NCBI GenBank assembly: GCA_035700945.1
Contig: DASSOE010000111.1
Coordinates: forward strand, 16,603 to 80,602
Length of the DNA stretch: 64,000 nt
Direction of reading: 5' to 3'
Source: Sphingomicrobium sp.
GTDB taxonomy: Bacteria; Pseudomonadota; Alphaproteobacteria; Sphingomonadales; Sphingomonadaceae
Made by a program: the position numbers and the translations under genes
Shown here: positions 9,066 through 17,160 of the stretch, piece by piece
Numbering within the stretch: position 1 is the first letter of the stretch
Layout: each line of letters starts with the position of its first letter
Notes under the pieces: generated by a model
The model's database searches: none
Seen by the model: only the letters and a program-made list of their open reading frames with translations
Told to the model about the DNA's origin: nothing

Positions 9066-9782
9066 TCAGGCGTCGACGCGCATCTTCTCGCCGGTCGGCG
9101 CGTCGGCGGTCAGGCGCTCGACGATCGCGCCTGCTACCACCTCCGGCGGTTTCACGCTCTCGGGCTCCTCGCCGGGGAAAGCGAGCGCGCGCATGCGGGT
9201 TCGCGTGGCGCCGGGGTCGATGATGTGGACGCGCAGCCGGCCGGTATATTCGGTCTCGTCGGCATAAGCACCGAGCAGCGCTTCGAGCGCGGCCTTCGAC
9301 GATCCGTATGCCCCCCAAAAGGCGCGCGGATCGGCGCCGACGGATGAGGTGAGCGCGACGACATCGGCCCTGTCGGCGCGCTTGAGCAGCGGGTCGAACG
9401 CGGCGATCAGCGCCTGGTTGGCGAGCAGGTTGAGGCTCAGCAGGCGTGAATATTCCTTGGGATCGATATCCTGCACCGGCGTCAGCGAGCCGAGCATCGC
9501 GGCATTCAGCACGAGGACGTCGAGCTTGTCCCAGCGTTCGCCGATCGCGACGGCGATCTTGCCGATGCTTTCGCCGTCGGTGAGGTCGAGCGGAGCGATC
9601 GTCGCGGTGCCGCCGGCCTGGTGAATGCGTTCCTCGACCTCCTCGAGCGCCGACGCAGTGCGCGCGACGAGAACCACGTGCGCCCCTTCGGCTGCAAGCG
9701 CTTCCGCGGTCGCGGCACCGATGCCGCGCGATGCTCCGGTGACAAGGGCGAGCTTGCCCTCGAGCGGTTTCGAATCGGTCAT
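9066..9782 (-). CDS. SDR family oxidoreductase (YciK-like)
   Basis: TGASRGIG, LNAAMLG, YGSSK; start trimmed to MTDSKPLEG; typical partner downstream of purF. Confidence 0.85.
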   Translation of the reverse strand: MTDSKPLEGKLALVTGASRGIGAATAEALAAEGAHVVLVARTASALEEVEERIHQAGGTATIAPLDLTDGESIGKIAVAIGERWDKLDVLVLNAAMLGSLTPVQDIDPKEYSRLLSLNLLANQALIAAFDPLLKRADRADVVALTSSVGADPRAFWGAYGSSKAALEALLGAYADETEYTGRLRVHIIDPGATRTRMRALAFPGEEPESVKPPEVVAGAIVERLTADAPTGEKMRVDA

Positions 9783-9801
9783 GCGCGCCGCCTGTAGCGC
9801 C

Positions 9802-11250
9802 CTAGCGGCTCGCCACCAAAGCCAGGGGCGCGCCTTTCTCCTTCTCCGACACGTCGGTGAGGGTGGTCGGATAGACGCCCGTGAAGCAGGCGTCGCAGCG
9901 CTGCGGCTGCGCCGCATCGCGCTCCTGCCCGAGCGCCCGATACAGCCCCTCGATCGAAATGAAGGCAAGGCTGTCGGCGTTGATGTAATCACGCATCTGA
10001 TCGACATTCATCTGCGCCGCGAGCAGCTTGGCCCGCTCGGGCGTGTCGACTCCATAAAAGCAGCTGTGCCTGGTCGGCGGAGAAGCGATCCGCATGTGGA
10101 CCTCGCGGGCGCCTGCGTCGCGCATCATCTGGACCAGCTTCACGCTCGTCGTGCCGCGCACGATCGAATCGTCGACCAGCACGATGCTCTTGCCGTCGAC
10201 CAGCGCTGAATTGGCATTGTGCTTGAGCTTGACGCCGAGGTGCCGGACTTCCTGGCTCGGCTGGATGAAGGTCCGCCCGACGTAGTGCGAACGGATGATC
10301 CCGAGCTCGAACGGGATTCCGCTTTCCTGCGAAAAGCCGAGCGCAGCCGGAACGCCACTGTCGGGCACCGGGACGACGTAATCGGCCTCCACCGGCGCCT
10401 CGCGCGCAAGCTCCGCGCCGATGTTCTTGCGGACTTCGTAGACCGAAACGCCCTCGGCGATGCTGTCGGGGCGCGAGAAATAGACATGCTCGAAGATGCA
10501 CGGCCGCGGCTTCATAATCTCGAACGGCCGGAAGGAGCGGATGCCGCCATCGTTGACGATTACGACCTCGCCCGGGTCGACGTCGCGCAGAAAGCTCGCG
10601 CCGATCACGTCGAGCGCCACAGTCTCGCTGGCGAAAATCGTCGCTTCGCCGAGCTTGCCCATGACCAGCGGCCGAATGCCGAGCGGATCGCGGCAGGCGA
10701 TCAGACCCTCCTCGGTCAGCACCACGAGCGAGTAAGCGCCTTCGACCTGCTTCAAAGCGTCAGTCAGCCGATCGAGCGTGTTGGTGAAGTGCGACGTGGC
10801 GACGAGATGGATGATCACTTCGGTGTCGCTGGTCGACTGGAAGATCGATCCGCGGCGGTTGAGAGTCCGCCGGAGCTTCATCGCGTTGGAGAGATTGCCG
10901 TTGTGCGCGACCGCGAACCCGCCTTCGGCGAGCTCGGCGAACAAAGGCTGCACGTTGCGCAATGCCGTTTCGCCGGTCGTGGAATAACGGACATGACCGA
11001 TGGCCGAGCGGCCGGCGAGGCGGCGGATCACATCGTCGCGGTCGAAATTCCCTGCGACGTGGCCCATCGCCCGATGCGAATGGAAATATTGGCCGTCGAA
11101 GCTGGTGATTCCCGCCGCTTCCTGGCCGCGGTGCTGCAGCGCGTGAAGCCCGAGAGCGACGAAGCTCGCCGCATTGTCGGCGCCCCAGATGCCGAACACG
11201 CCGCACTCCTCGCGCAGCTTGTCGTCATCGAACGGATTCGTGGTCAGCAT
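9802..11250 (-). CDS. purF: amidophosphoribosyltransferase
   Basis: Propeptide then CGVFG, QHRGQE, GHVRYST, PRPP motif VLVDDSIVRGTTS, CDACFTG. Confidence 0.97.
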   Translation of the reverse strand: MLTTNPFDDDKLREECGVFGIWGADNAASFVALGLHALQHRGQEAAGITSFDGQYFHSHRAMGHVAGNFDRDDVIRRLAGRSAIGHVRYSTTGETALRNVQPLFAELAEGGFAVAHNGNLSNAMKLRRTLNRRGSIFQSTSDTEVIIHLVATSHFTNTLDRLTDALKQVEGAYSLVVLTEEGLIACRDPLGIRPLVMGKLGEATIFASETVALDVIGASFLRDVDPGEVVIVNDGGIRSFRPFEIMKPRPCIFEHVYFSRPDSIAEGVSVYEVRKNIGAELAREAPVEADYVVPVPDSGVPAALGFSQESGIPFELGIIRSHYVGRTFIQPSQEVRHLGVKLKHNANSALVDGKSIVLVDDSIVRGTTSVKLVQMMRDAGAREVHMRIASPPTRHSCFYGVDTPERAKLLAAQMNVDQMRDYINADSLAFISIEGLYRALGQERDAAQPQRCDACFTGVYPTTLTDVSEKEKGAPLALVASR

Positions 11251-11278
11251 CGTCTGGGTTCCCGCTTCCCAAGAGGGC

Positions 11279-11296
11279 AGTCCCTCATGAGGGACT
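11279..11296. promoter_or_regulatory. perfect 18-bp palindrome AGTCCCTCATGAGGGACT in the purF leader
   Basis: Seen directly 29-46 nt upstream of the purF ATG. Confidence 0.45.
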
Positions 11297-11389
11297 ATCC
11301 ATGAAACTCACGCGCGCCATATAGGCGGCAGGCTCGCCTTTGTCGCCCCTCGCCTGAATAAATCGTGAAATCTTAACTGCTTAGCGGGC

Positions 11390-11998
11390 TTAGCCCTTGT
11401 AAAGAGCCGGGAATTTTTGCCGCAATGCGGCGATCTTCGGCCGGTCGTTGACGACGATATAAGGGAAGTTGGGGTGCTTCTCGGCGAAGCCCTGGTGATA
11501 GGATTCGGCGGGGTAAAAGCCGCCATGCTCGATCCGGGTGGCGATCGGCTCTCGCCAGATGCGGGCAGCGTTGAGGTGCTGGATGTACGCCCGGGCGAAC
11601 TTCTCCTGCGCGGCATTCTGCGGATAGATTGCGGAGCGATAGCTCGGCCCGGTGTCGGGCCCTTGCCGGTTCACCTGCGTCGGGTCGTGCGCGACGGTGA
11701 AATAGATCTGGAGAAGCTTGCCGTAGCTGATTTGCGACGGATCGTAGCTGATCTTTACTGCTTCGGCATGGCCGGTTCTCTCGGAGCTGACCTTGTCGTA
11801 GCGCGCATCTTTGGCGCTTCCGCCGGCATATCCCGAGGTGACTGCGGTGACGCCCTTCACATGCTCGAACACCCATTCCATGCCCCAGAAGCAGCCGCCG
11901 GCGAGCACCGCCGTCTCCGCGCGCGTCGGCGCAGCGGTCGCACCGCCGAGCGGAAGGGTCAGCAAGGCTCCGGCAAGCAAAGCGGCGGTGCGGCTCAT
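11390..11998 (-). CDS. msrA: periplasmic peptide-methionine (S)-S-oxide reductase
   Basis: Signal peptide, AGGCFWG, GHAEAV, HDPTQVNRQGPD, AESYHQ; start trimmed from a spurious 748-aa ORF. Confidence 0.93.
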   Translation of the reverse strand: MSRTAALLAGALLTLPLGGATAAPTRAETAVLAGGCFWGMEWVFEHVKGVTAVTSGYAGGSAKDARYDKVSSERTGHAEAVKISYDPSQISYGKLLQIYFTVAHDPTQVNRQGPDTGPSYRSAIYPQNAAQEKFARAYIQHLNAARIWREPIATRIEHGGFYPAESYHQGFAEKHPNFPYIVVNDRPKIAALRQKFPALYKG

Positions 11999-12112
11999 CG
12001 GTCCTCTCCTCCAAAGCGCCTCACTATGCGAAATCGGCTGAACATCGGATGCACATGCTGGACGGCGGTTGGGTTGCTCAATAGGACTATACTGACAAAG
12101 GAGTAAGTTCGC

Positions 12113-13915
12113 ATGCCGATCTACCACGCGCCCGTTCGGGAAACGCGTTTCATCCTCGACGAGGTGCTTGGGCTCAGCCGCTATTCCAACTTGCCGGGCT
12201 TCACCAATGCCTCGCCTGACGTGGTCGAAGCCATCCTCGAGGAAGCGGGCCGCTTCTGTGAGGAAGTGCTCCAGCCGCTCAACCGCGTGGGCGACGAAGT
12301 CGGCTGCAAGCGGGCGGACGACGGGTCGGTGACCACTCCGCCCGGGTTCAAGGAAGCCTACCAGCAATGGTGCGAGGCGGGCTGGCCGACGCTCACCGCC
12401 CCGGAAGAATATGGCGGCCAGGGGCTGCCGCAGGTCATCGGTACGGCGATCGGCGAATATGTCCTTTCGGCGAACCACAGCTTCGAGATGTACCAAGGGC
12501 TGACCGCGGGAGCGATCGCGTCGCTGCTCGTCAAGGCGTCCGACGAGCTCAAGCAGCGCTTCGTCCCGAACATGGTCACCGGAAAGTGGACCGGCACCAT
12601 GAACCTCACCGAGCCGCATTGCGGCACGGACCTCGGTCTGTTGAAGACGCGCGCCGACCCGAACGACGACGGCAGCTATTCGATCACGGGCACCAAGATC
12701 TTCATCTCGTCGGGCGAGCATGACCTCAGCGAGAACATCATCCACCTGGTCCTCGCGAAGCGTGCCGGAGCGCCGGACAACGTCAAGGGGATCAGCCTGT
12801 TCGTCGTGCCCAAGTTCCTCATCAACGACGACGGCAGCCTTGGCGAGCGCAACGCCGTCTCGTGCGGCGCGCTCGAGAAGAAGATGGGCATCCACGGCAA
12901 CGCGACCTGCGTGATGAACTATGACGGCGCCAGGGGCTGGCTGGTCGGCGAGGGCGAGAAGGGCCTCCAGGCGATGTTCATCATGATGAACGCGGCGCGG
13001 CTTGGCGTCGGGCTCCAAGGGCTCGCGCAGGGCGAAGTCGCCTATCAGAACGCGGTCGCCTACGCGCGCGAGCGGCGGCAGGGGAAAGCGCTCGACCCAG
13101 CCGAGCGGGAGCCCGGCGCCAAGGCCGACCCGATCATCGTCCATCCCGACGTCCGCCGCATGCTGATGGAATCGCGCGCGTGGAACGAGGCGGGGCGCGC
13201 GCTCTGCCTGTGGGGCTCGCTGCTCGTCGATCTGGTCCGCCGTTCGCCCGACGAGGCGGAGCGGCAAGAGGCGGACGACCTCCTCGGCATCGTCACCCCG
13301 GTGATCAAGGGCTATCTGACCGACAAGGGCTTCCAGGCCGCGGTCCACGCGCAGCAGGTCTTTGGCGGTCACGGCTACATCCGCGAACACGGCATCGAGC
13401 AGTTCGTCCGCGACGCCCGGATCACCCAGATTTATGAGGGCACCAACGGCATCCAGGCGATGGACCTCGTCGGCCGCAAGCTCCCGCGCGACGGCGGCCG
13501 CGGCATCCGCACATTCCTCCAGCTGGTCGGCAGCGAGATCGCCGAGTCGAAGCAGGCCGGGGACCCCGCGGCCATTGCCGCGGCACTTGAGGCCGCCCTG
13601 CAGGACCTGCAAGCGGCGACGGTGTGGCTCGCGCAAAACGCTCCTGCCGATCCCGACAATGCCGGCGCCGGCGCCTATGCCTACATGGACCTGATGGGGC
13701 TGGTGACGCTCGGCTTGATGTGGCTCAGAATGGCCCGCGCCGCGGCCGAAGCGCTCGCGGAAGGCGGCGGCAAGGAAGGCCGGGAATTCTACGAGGCGAA
13801 GCTCGTGACAGGCCGCTTCTATGCGACACGCGAGCTGCCGCTTTCGATGGCCCTGCGGCGCAAGATCGAAGCGGGTGCGGAGACCCTGATGAAAATCCCG
13901 GCGGACGCCTTCTAG
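12113..13915 (+). CDS. acyl-CoA dehydrogenase (MmgC/DmdC-like, C-terminal domain-containing)
   Basis: [57 protein letters not shown]; AAGGAG RBS. Confidence 0.9.
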   Translation: MPIYHAPVRETRFILDEVLGLSRYSNLPGFTNASPDVVEAILEEAGRFCEEVLQPLNRVGDEVGCKRADDGSVTTPPGFKEAYQQWCEAGWPTLTAPEEYGGQGLPQVIGTAIGEYVLSANHSFEMYQGLTAGAIASLLVKASDELKQRFVPNMVTGKWTGTMNLTEPHCGTDLGLLKTRADPNDDGSYSITGTKIFISSGEHDLSENIIHLVLAKRAGAPDNVKGISLFVVPKFLINDDGSLGERNAVSCGALEKKMGIHGNATCVMNYDGARGWLVGEGEKGLQAMFIMMNAARLGVGLQGLAQGEVAYQNAVAYARERRQGKALDPAEREPGAKADPIIVHPDVRRMLMESRAWNEAGRALCLWGSLLVDLVRRSPDEAERQEADDLLGIVTPVIKGYLTDKGFQAAVHAQQVFGGHGYIREHGIEQFVRDARITQIYEGTNGIQAMDLVGRKLPRDGGRGIRTFLQLVGSEIAESKQAGDPAAIAAALEAALQDLQAATVWLAQNAPADPDNAGAGAYAYMDLMGLVTLGLMWLRMARAAAEALAEGGGKEGREFYEAKLVTGRFYATRELPLSMALRRKIEAGAETLMKIPADAF

Positions 13916-13921
13916 CCGCTG

Positions 13922-14668
13922 CTACTCAGGCTTCACGAACTTCAGCGCATATTGGTCCGTGTGGCCGCGCACCTTCGGGTCGAAGATCGACAGATGGTGG
14001 TCGTCCGACGGGCGCTGAAGGAAAGTCCCTTCGCCCGCCAGCTTGAATCCGGCGGAGGTGACTTCGCGGATCACCTGTGCCTTGTCGATCCGGTGGACCT
14101 TCTCGATATCGGCGTCGGTCATTCCGGGCCAGCCTTGATGGTCGAGGATCAAGAAGATGCCGCCGGGCTTGAGCGCCTCGTAAACCGCGCGATCCAATGC
14201 GACCGTGTCGACCGGCCCATATTTCGGGATCTTCAAGTCGTGATAGTTTTGCGTGACCCACGCGATGTCGAGCGGCCTCGGGAAGGTTACGGTGCCGAAC
14301 GGCTGCACGTCCAGCGAGACATTCTTCCACTTGCCCTCGGCGAGCATTGCGCGGTCGTCCTTGACGGAATCGTTCCAGCCCTTGTTCTCAATCGCGTAAA
14401 TGTGGCCCCCCGAGCCGACCACGTCGCTCAGCATACGCGTGAAATAGCCGCCCGCAGGGTAGAATTCGCCGACCACCATGCCCGGGCGGACGCCGGCGAA
14501 AGCGAGAGTCTCGGCCGGCTTGCGGAACTCGTCGGCTGCGCGGTAGCCCGCCGGACGTGCCGGGTCGGCGACCGCCTGCGCGATGATCTCGGCCTGGCTT
14601 GGCTGCGGTCCGTGGCAGGCGGGCAGGGCGAAGACGAGCGGGGCCAGGAAGAAGGCGAAGCGGTGCAT
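13922..14668 (-). CDS. predicted exported class I SAM-dependent methyltransferase (COG4798-like), possible lipoprotein
   Basis: Signal ending LPAC; RKPAETLAFAGVRPGMVV, YHDL, LKPGG, HRID; start trimmed to MHRF. Confidence 0.75.
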   Translation of the reverse strand: MHRFAFFLAPLVFALPACHGPQPSQAEIIAQAVADPARPAGYRAADEFRKPAETLAFAGVRPGMVVGEFYPAGGYFTRMLSDVVGSGGHIYAIENKGWNDSVKDDRAMLAEGKWKNVSLDVQPFGTVTFPRPLDIAWVTQNYHDLKIPKYGPVDTVALDRAVYEALKPGGIFLILDHQGWPGMTDADIEKVHRIDKAQVIREVTSAGFKLAGEGTFLQRPSDDHHLSIFDPKVRGHTDQYALKFVKPE

Positions 14669-14806
14669 GCGGCTGCTCCTGCGTGAGGCAGCAGGTCCCA
14701 TCGTGCAGTCACCCGTGGACGCGAAGCGGTTTTCGACGAAATCGCGCCGCGGTTCTACGAGCCTGAGGTTTCGACGCTCAGGCTGCGGACGGGAGACGCC
14801 GGGCGT

Positions 14807-14902
14807 CTACAAGAAGGCGAGCGCCAGCCCCGCGCCAAGGACGACTGCCGTCAGGCCCAGCCCGACCGCCGCGCTGCGCCAGTTTCCGAACGTGCTCTCC
14901 AT
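14807..14902 (-). CDS. putative 31-aa single-TM small protein MESTFGNWRSAAVGLGLTAVVLGAGLALAFL
   Basis: Own translation; strong RBS GAGGGGAGG 5 nt before the ATG; TAG at 14809-14807. Confidence 0.55.
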   Translation of the reverse strand: MESTFGNWRSAAVGLGLTAVVLGAGLALAFL

Positions 14903-15009
14903 GAGAACCTCCCCTCTGCTCCCCGAGGAGTGACAATAACACAGAATGCAGGAACGCCGATGTGAAATGCTGACGGCTCAGCAACTTAGCGATCGGCCGG
15001 CGATGCGAT

Positions 15010-15024
15010 GTTCAACCGTGGTTC
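15010..15024 (+). promoter_or_regulatory. GTTC-N7-GTTC direct repeat (alphaproteobacterial LexA-box pattern; also fits TGA-N8-TGA on the minus strand)
   Basis: GTTC AACCGTG GTTC in the divergent intergenic region upstream of 15135. Confidence 0.4.
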
Positions 15025-15134
15025 ACCTTGCCGGGACAGGCCGCCCGGCTGGCACGACGAGCGCCGCCCCATCCGCTCTCCGAAATCGTTCTTACTGCAA
15101 AGGCTCCAACCGTATTGGAAGGAGGAAAAGAGCC

Positions 15135-15635
15135 ATGCGTATGATCACGAAAATGTTCGCCGGTGCTGCCGGTCTCGCGGCGATCGCGAGTGCGGCGCCC
15201 GCGGCGGCCCAATATTATCCTTACGGCTACAGCAACTATAACCCCTACGGCAGCGTCTATGGCGCTTATAGCGGCTACACCCCCTATGCGGTGAACCCGG
15301 CTGTTGCGGCGCAGCAGTGCACCGCCGCAGTGCAGAGCCGCCTCTACAACCGGACGAGCCTGGCCAGCATCCTCGGCTCGCTCATCGGCATCCCGACCAA
15401 CAGCTACGGGCGCGTGCTGAGCGTGAACCGCGAGGTTCGGACCCGGTCCGGCGGAATGCGCATCACCGGCCTCGCGTCCAGCGGCCGCACCGCCTACAAT
15501 AATTATGGTCCCTATGGTGTGGGCGCCTACGGATCGCTCGGCTACGGCTATGCTGCGGCGGCCGACCTGTCATTCAGGTGCGATGTCGACTCCCGCGGTT
15601 ACGTCCGTGACGTGGATATCAATCGCCGCTACTAA
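15135..15635 (+). CDS. secreted Tyr/Gly-rich low-complexity protein with two Cys
   Basis: GGAGG RBS, signal peptide ending AAA-Q, YG-rich tracts, QQCTAAV...FRCDVD. Confidence 0.7.
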   Translation: MRMITKMFAGAAGLAAIASAAPAAAQYYPYGYSNYNPYGSVYGAYSGYTPYAVNPAVAAQQCTAAVQSRLYNRTSLASILGSLIGIPTNSYGRVLSVNREVRTRSGGMRITGLASSGRTAYNNYGPYGVGAYGSLGYGYAAAADLSFRCDVDSRGYVRDVDINRRY

Positions 15636-15654
15636 CAGGCGAGATTTCGCAAGG

Positions 15655-15683
15655 AGAGCGCCGGCATCGCCGGCGCTCTTTTT
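15655..15683 (+). terminator. Rho-independent terminator
   Basis: AGAGCGCCGGC-ATC-GCCGGCGCTCT followed by TTTT. Confidence 0.8.
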
Positions 15684-15825
15684 GTGCCCACGGGCCAAGC
15701 TGCTGCGATGAAATGAGAATCGGACATTGCAGGTTCAGCAGCGGGGCGGATAAACAGTGACGCGACTTGTGCGTTCATGACGTCAGCGGATGCAAATGCC
15801 GCGTCCTCTGGAAGCGAAGGGATCA

Positions 15826-17157
15826 ATGGGTAAGCTTCTGCGCGGCGCTCAGCCGCTGAATGGGTTTCTCGCACTCGGGCTTGCCGCAGCGCTGGCGTTG
15901 CCGCTGGCGGGCGCCGCAGCGCCGACAACAGCGGCAGCGGCTTCGTCGCGCTCGTCTCAAGGCGCGGAGGTCGCAGCTTTCTATCGCGCGCGCGGCGGAG
16001 CGCCGCTGTGGTTTTCCCCGGGCGCCGGAGCCGCGGAACAGCAGCTGATCTCGCTCCTCGCGACGGCTGAGGCCGACCGGCTGAACCCGAAGCGCTACAA
16101 CCTGAAAGCGCTACGCCGCGCCGTCGAGCGGGCTCGTGGCGGAGGTCCGGGTGCCGTGCAGCGTGCCGAGACCATGCTGAGCGAGGCCTTCGTCGCATAC
16201 GCGCGCGACCAGAGGCACGATCCGGGCGGAATCATCTATGTCGATCCGCAGCTTCGGCCGACTCCGCCTTCGGCCAGCGACCTGCTCCGCGGGGCTGCGC
16301 GTGCGCGCTCGCTATCCGATTATGTCCAGAACATGGGCTGGATGAACCCGATCTATGCCAAGCTGCGCGCCGCTATCGCCAGCCGCATGTACCGAAGCGA
16401 CGCCGAGCGGCGGCTGCTCGAGCTCAACATGGAACGCGCGCGCGCTCTTCCGGCGGGCACCGGCCGCTACGTGATCGTCAACCCGCCCGCGGCGCGGCTG
16501 TACATGTACGAGAACGGGCAGGTGGTTGATTCGATGCGGGTCGTTGCCGGCCGGTCGGATGCGATCGCGCAGACGCCGATGATGAACGCGTTCATCCGCT
16601 ACGTCGCGCTGAACCCATATTGGAACTCGCCCCCGGACATCACCTCGAGGCGCCTCGCGCCCACCATCCTCACGGAAGGCCGCGCTTACTTCAAGAAGAG
16701 AGGTTACGAGGTCCTGTCCGACTGGTCGGACCACGCGCACGTGATTGATCCGATGTCGATTGACTGGCGCGCGGTCGCCGCCGGGCGGGTCGAGGTACGG
16801 ATGCGGCAGAAGCCCGGCCCGGCCAACTCAATGGGCCGGATGAAGTTCATGTTCCCGAACAAGCAGGGAATCTGGCTCCACGACACGCCCGAGAAGGAAA
16901 AGATCGAGGAAGCAGCGCGGCTGCAGAGCAACGGCTGCGTCAGGCTCGAGGATGCGCCGCGCTTTGCCCGCTGGCTGTTCAACGGCCATGCGCCCAAGGC
17001 GCAGGGCGCGAGGCCCGAGCAGAAAGTGAACCTGCCGGAGCCGGTTCCGATCTACATCACCTATCTTACCGCGGTGCCGAGCGGCACCTCGATCGTCTAT
17101 TTCGACGATTTCTACGGGAAGGACCGGGCGGAAGCGCGCCGCCTCGCGGCGCTCTAG
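15826..17157 (+). CDS. L,D-transpeptidase (YcbB/LdtD family)
   Basis: YVIVNPPAARL, LNPYWNSP, QKPGPANSMGRMKFMFPN, LHDTP...SNGCVR. Confidence 0.88.
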   Translation: MGKLLRGAQPLNGFLALGLAAALALPLAGAAAPTTAAAASSRSSQGAEVAAFYRARGGAPLWFSPGAGAAEQQLISLLATAEADRLNPKRYNLKALRRAVERARGGGPGAVQRAETMLSEAFVAYARDQRHDPGGIIYVDPQLRPTPPSASDLLRGAARARSLSDYVQNMGWMNPIYAKLRAAIASRMYRSDAERRLLELNMERARALPAGTGRYVIVNPPAARLYMYENGQVVDSMRVVAGRSDAIAQTPMMNAFIRYVALNPYWNSPPDITSRRLAPTILTEGRAYFKKRGYEVLSDWSDHAHVIDPMSIDWRAVAAGRVEVRMRQKPGPANSMGRMKFMFPNKQGIWLHDTPEKEKIEEAARLQSNGCVRLEDAPRFARWLFNGHAPKAQGARPEQKVNLPEPVPIYITYLTAVPSGTSIVYFDDFYGKDRAEARRLAAL

Positions 17158-17160
17158 CTG

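Noticed and set aside
11251-11340. ZTP or purine riboswitch upstream of purF
   Set aside because: No recognisable conserved riboswitch core; only the palindrome is supported
11390-13636. Apparent 748-aa MsrA fusion
   Set aside because: The N-terminal part is the antisense of the acyl-CoA dehydrogenase; real msrA starts at 11998 with its own RBS and signal peptide
14670-14800. SAM riboswitch upstream of the methyltransferase
   Set aside because: Hairpins are present but I could not match SAM-II or SAM-SAH consensus; an Infernal search would settle it
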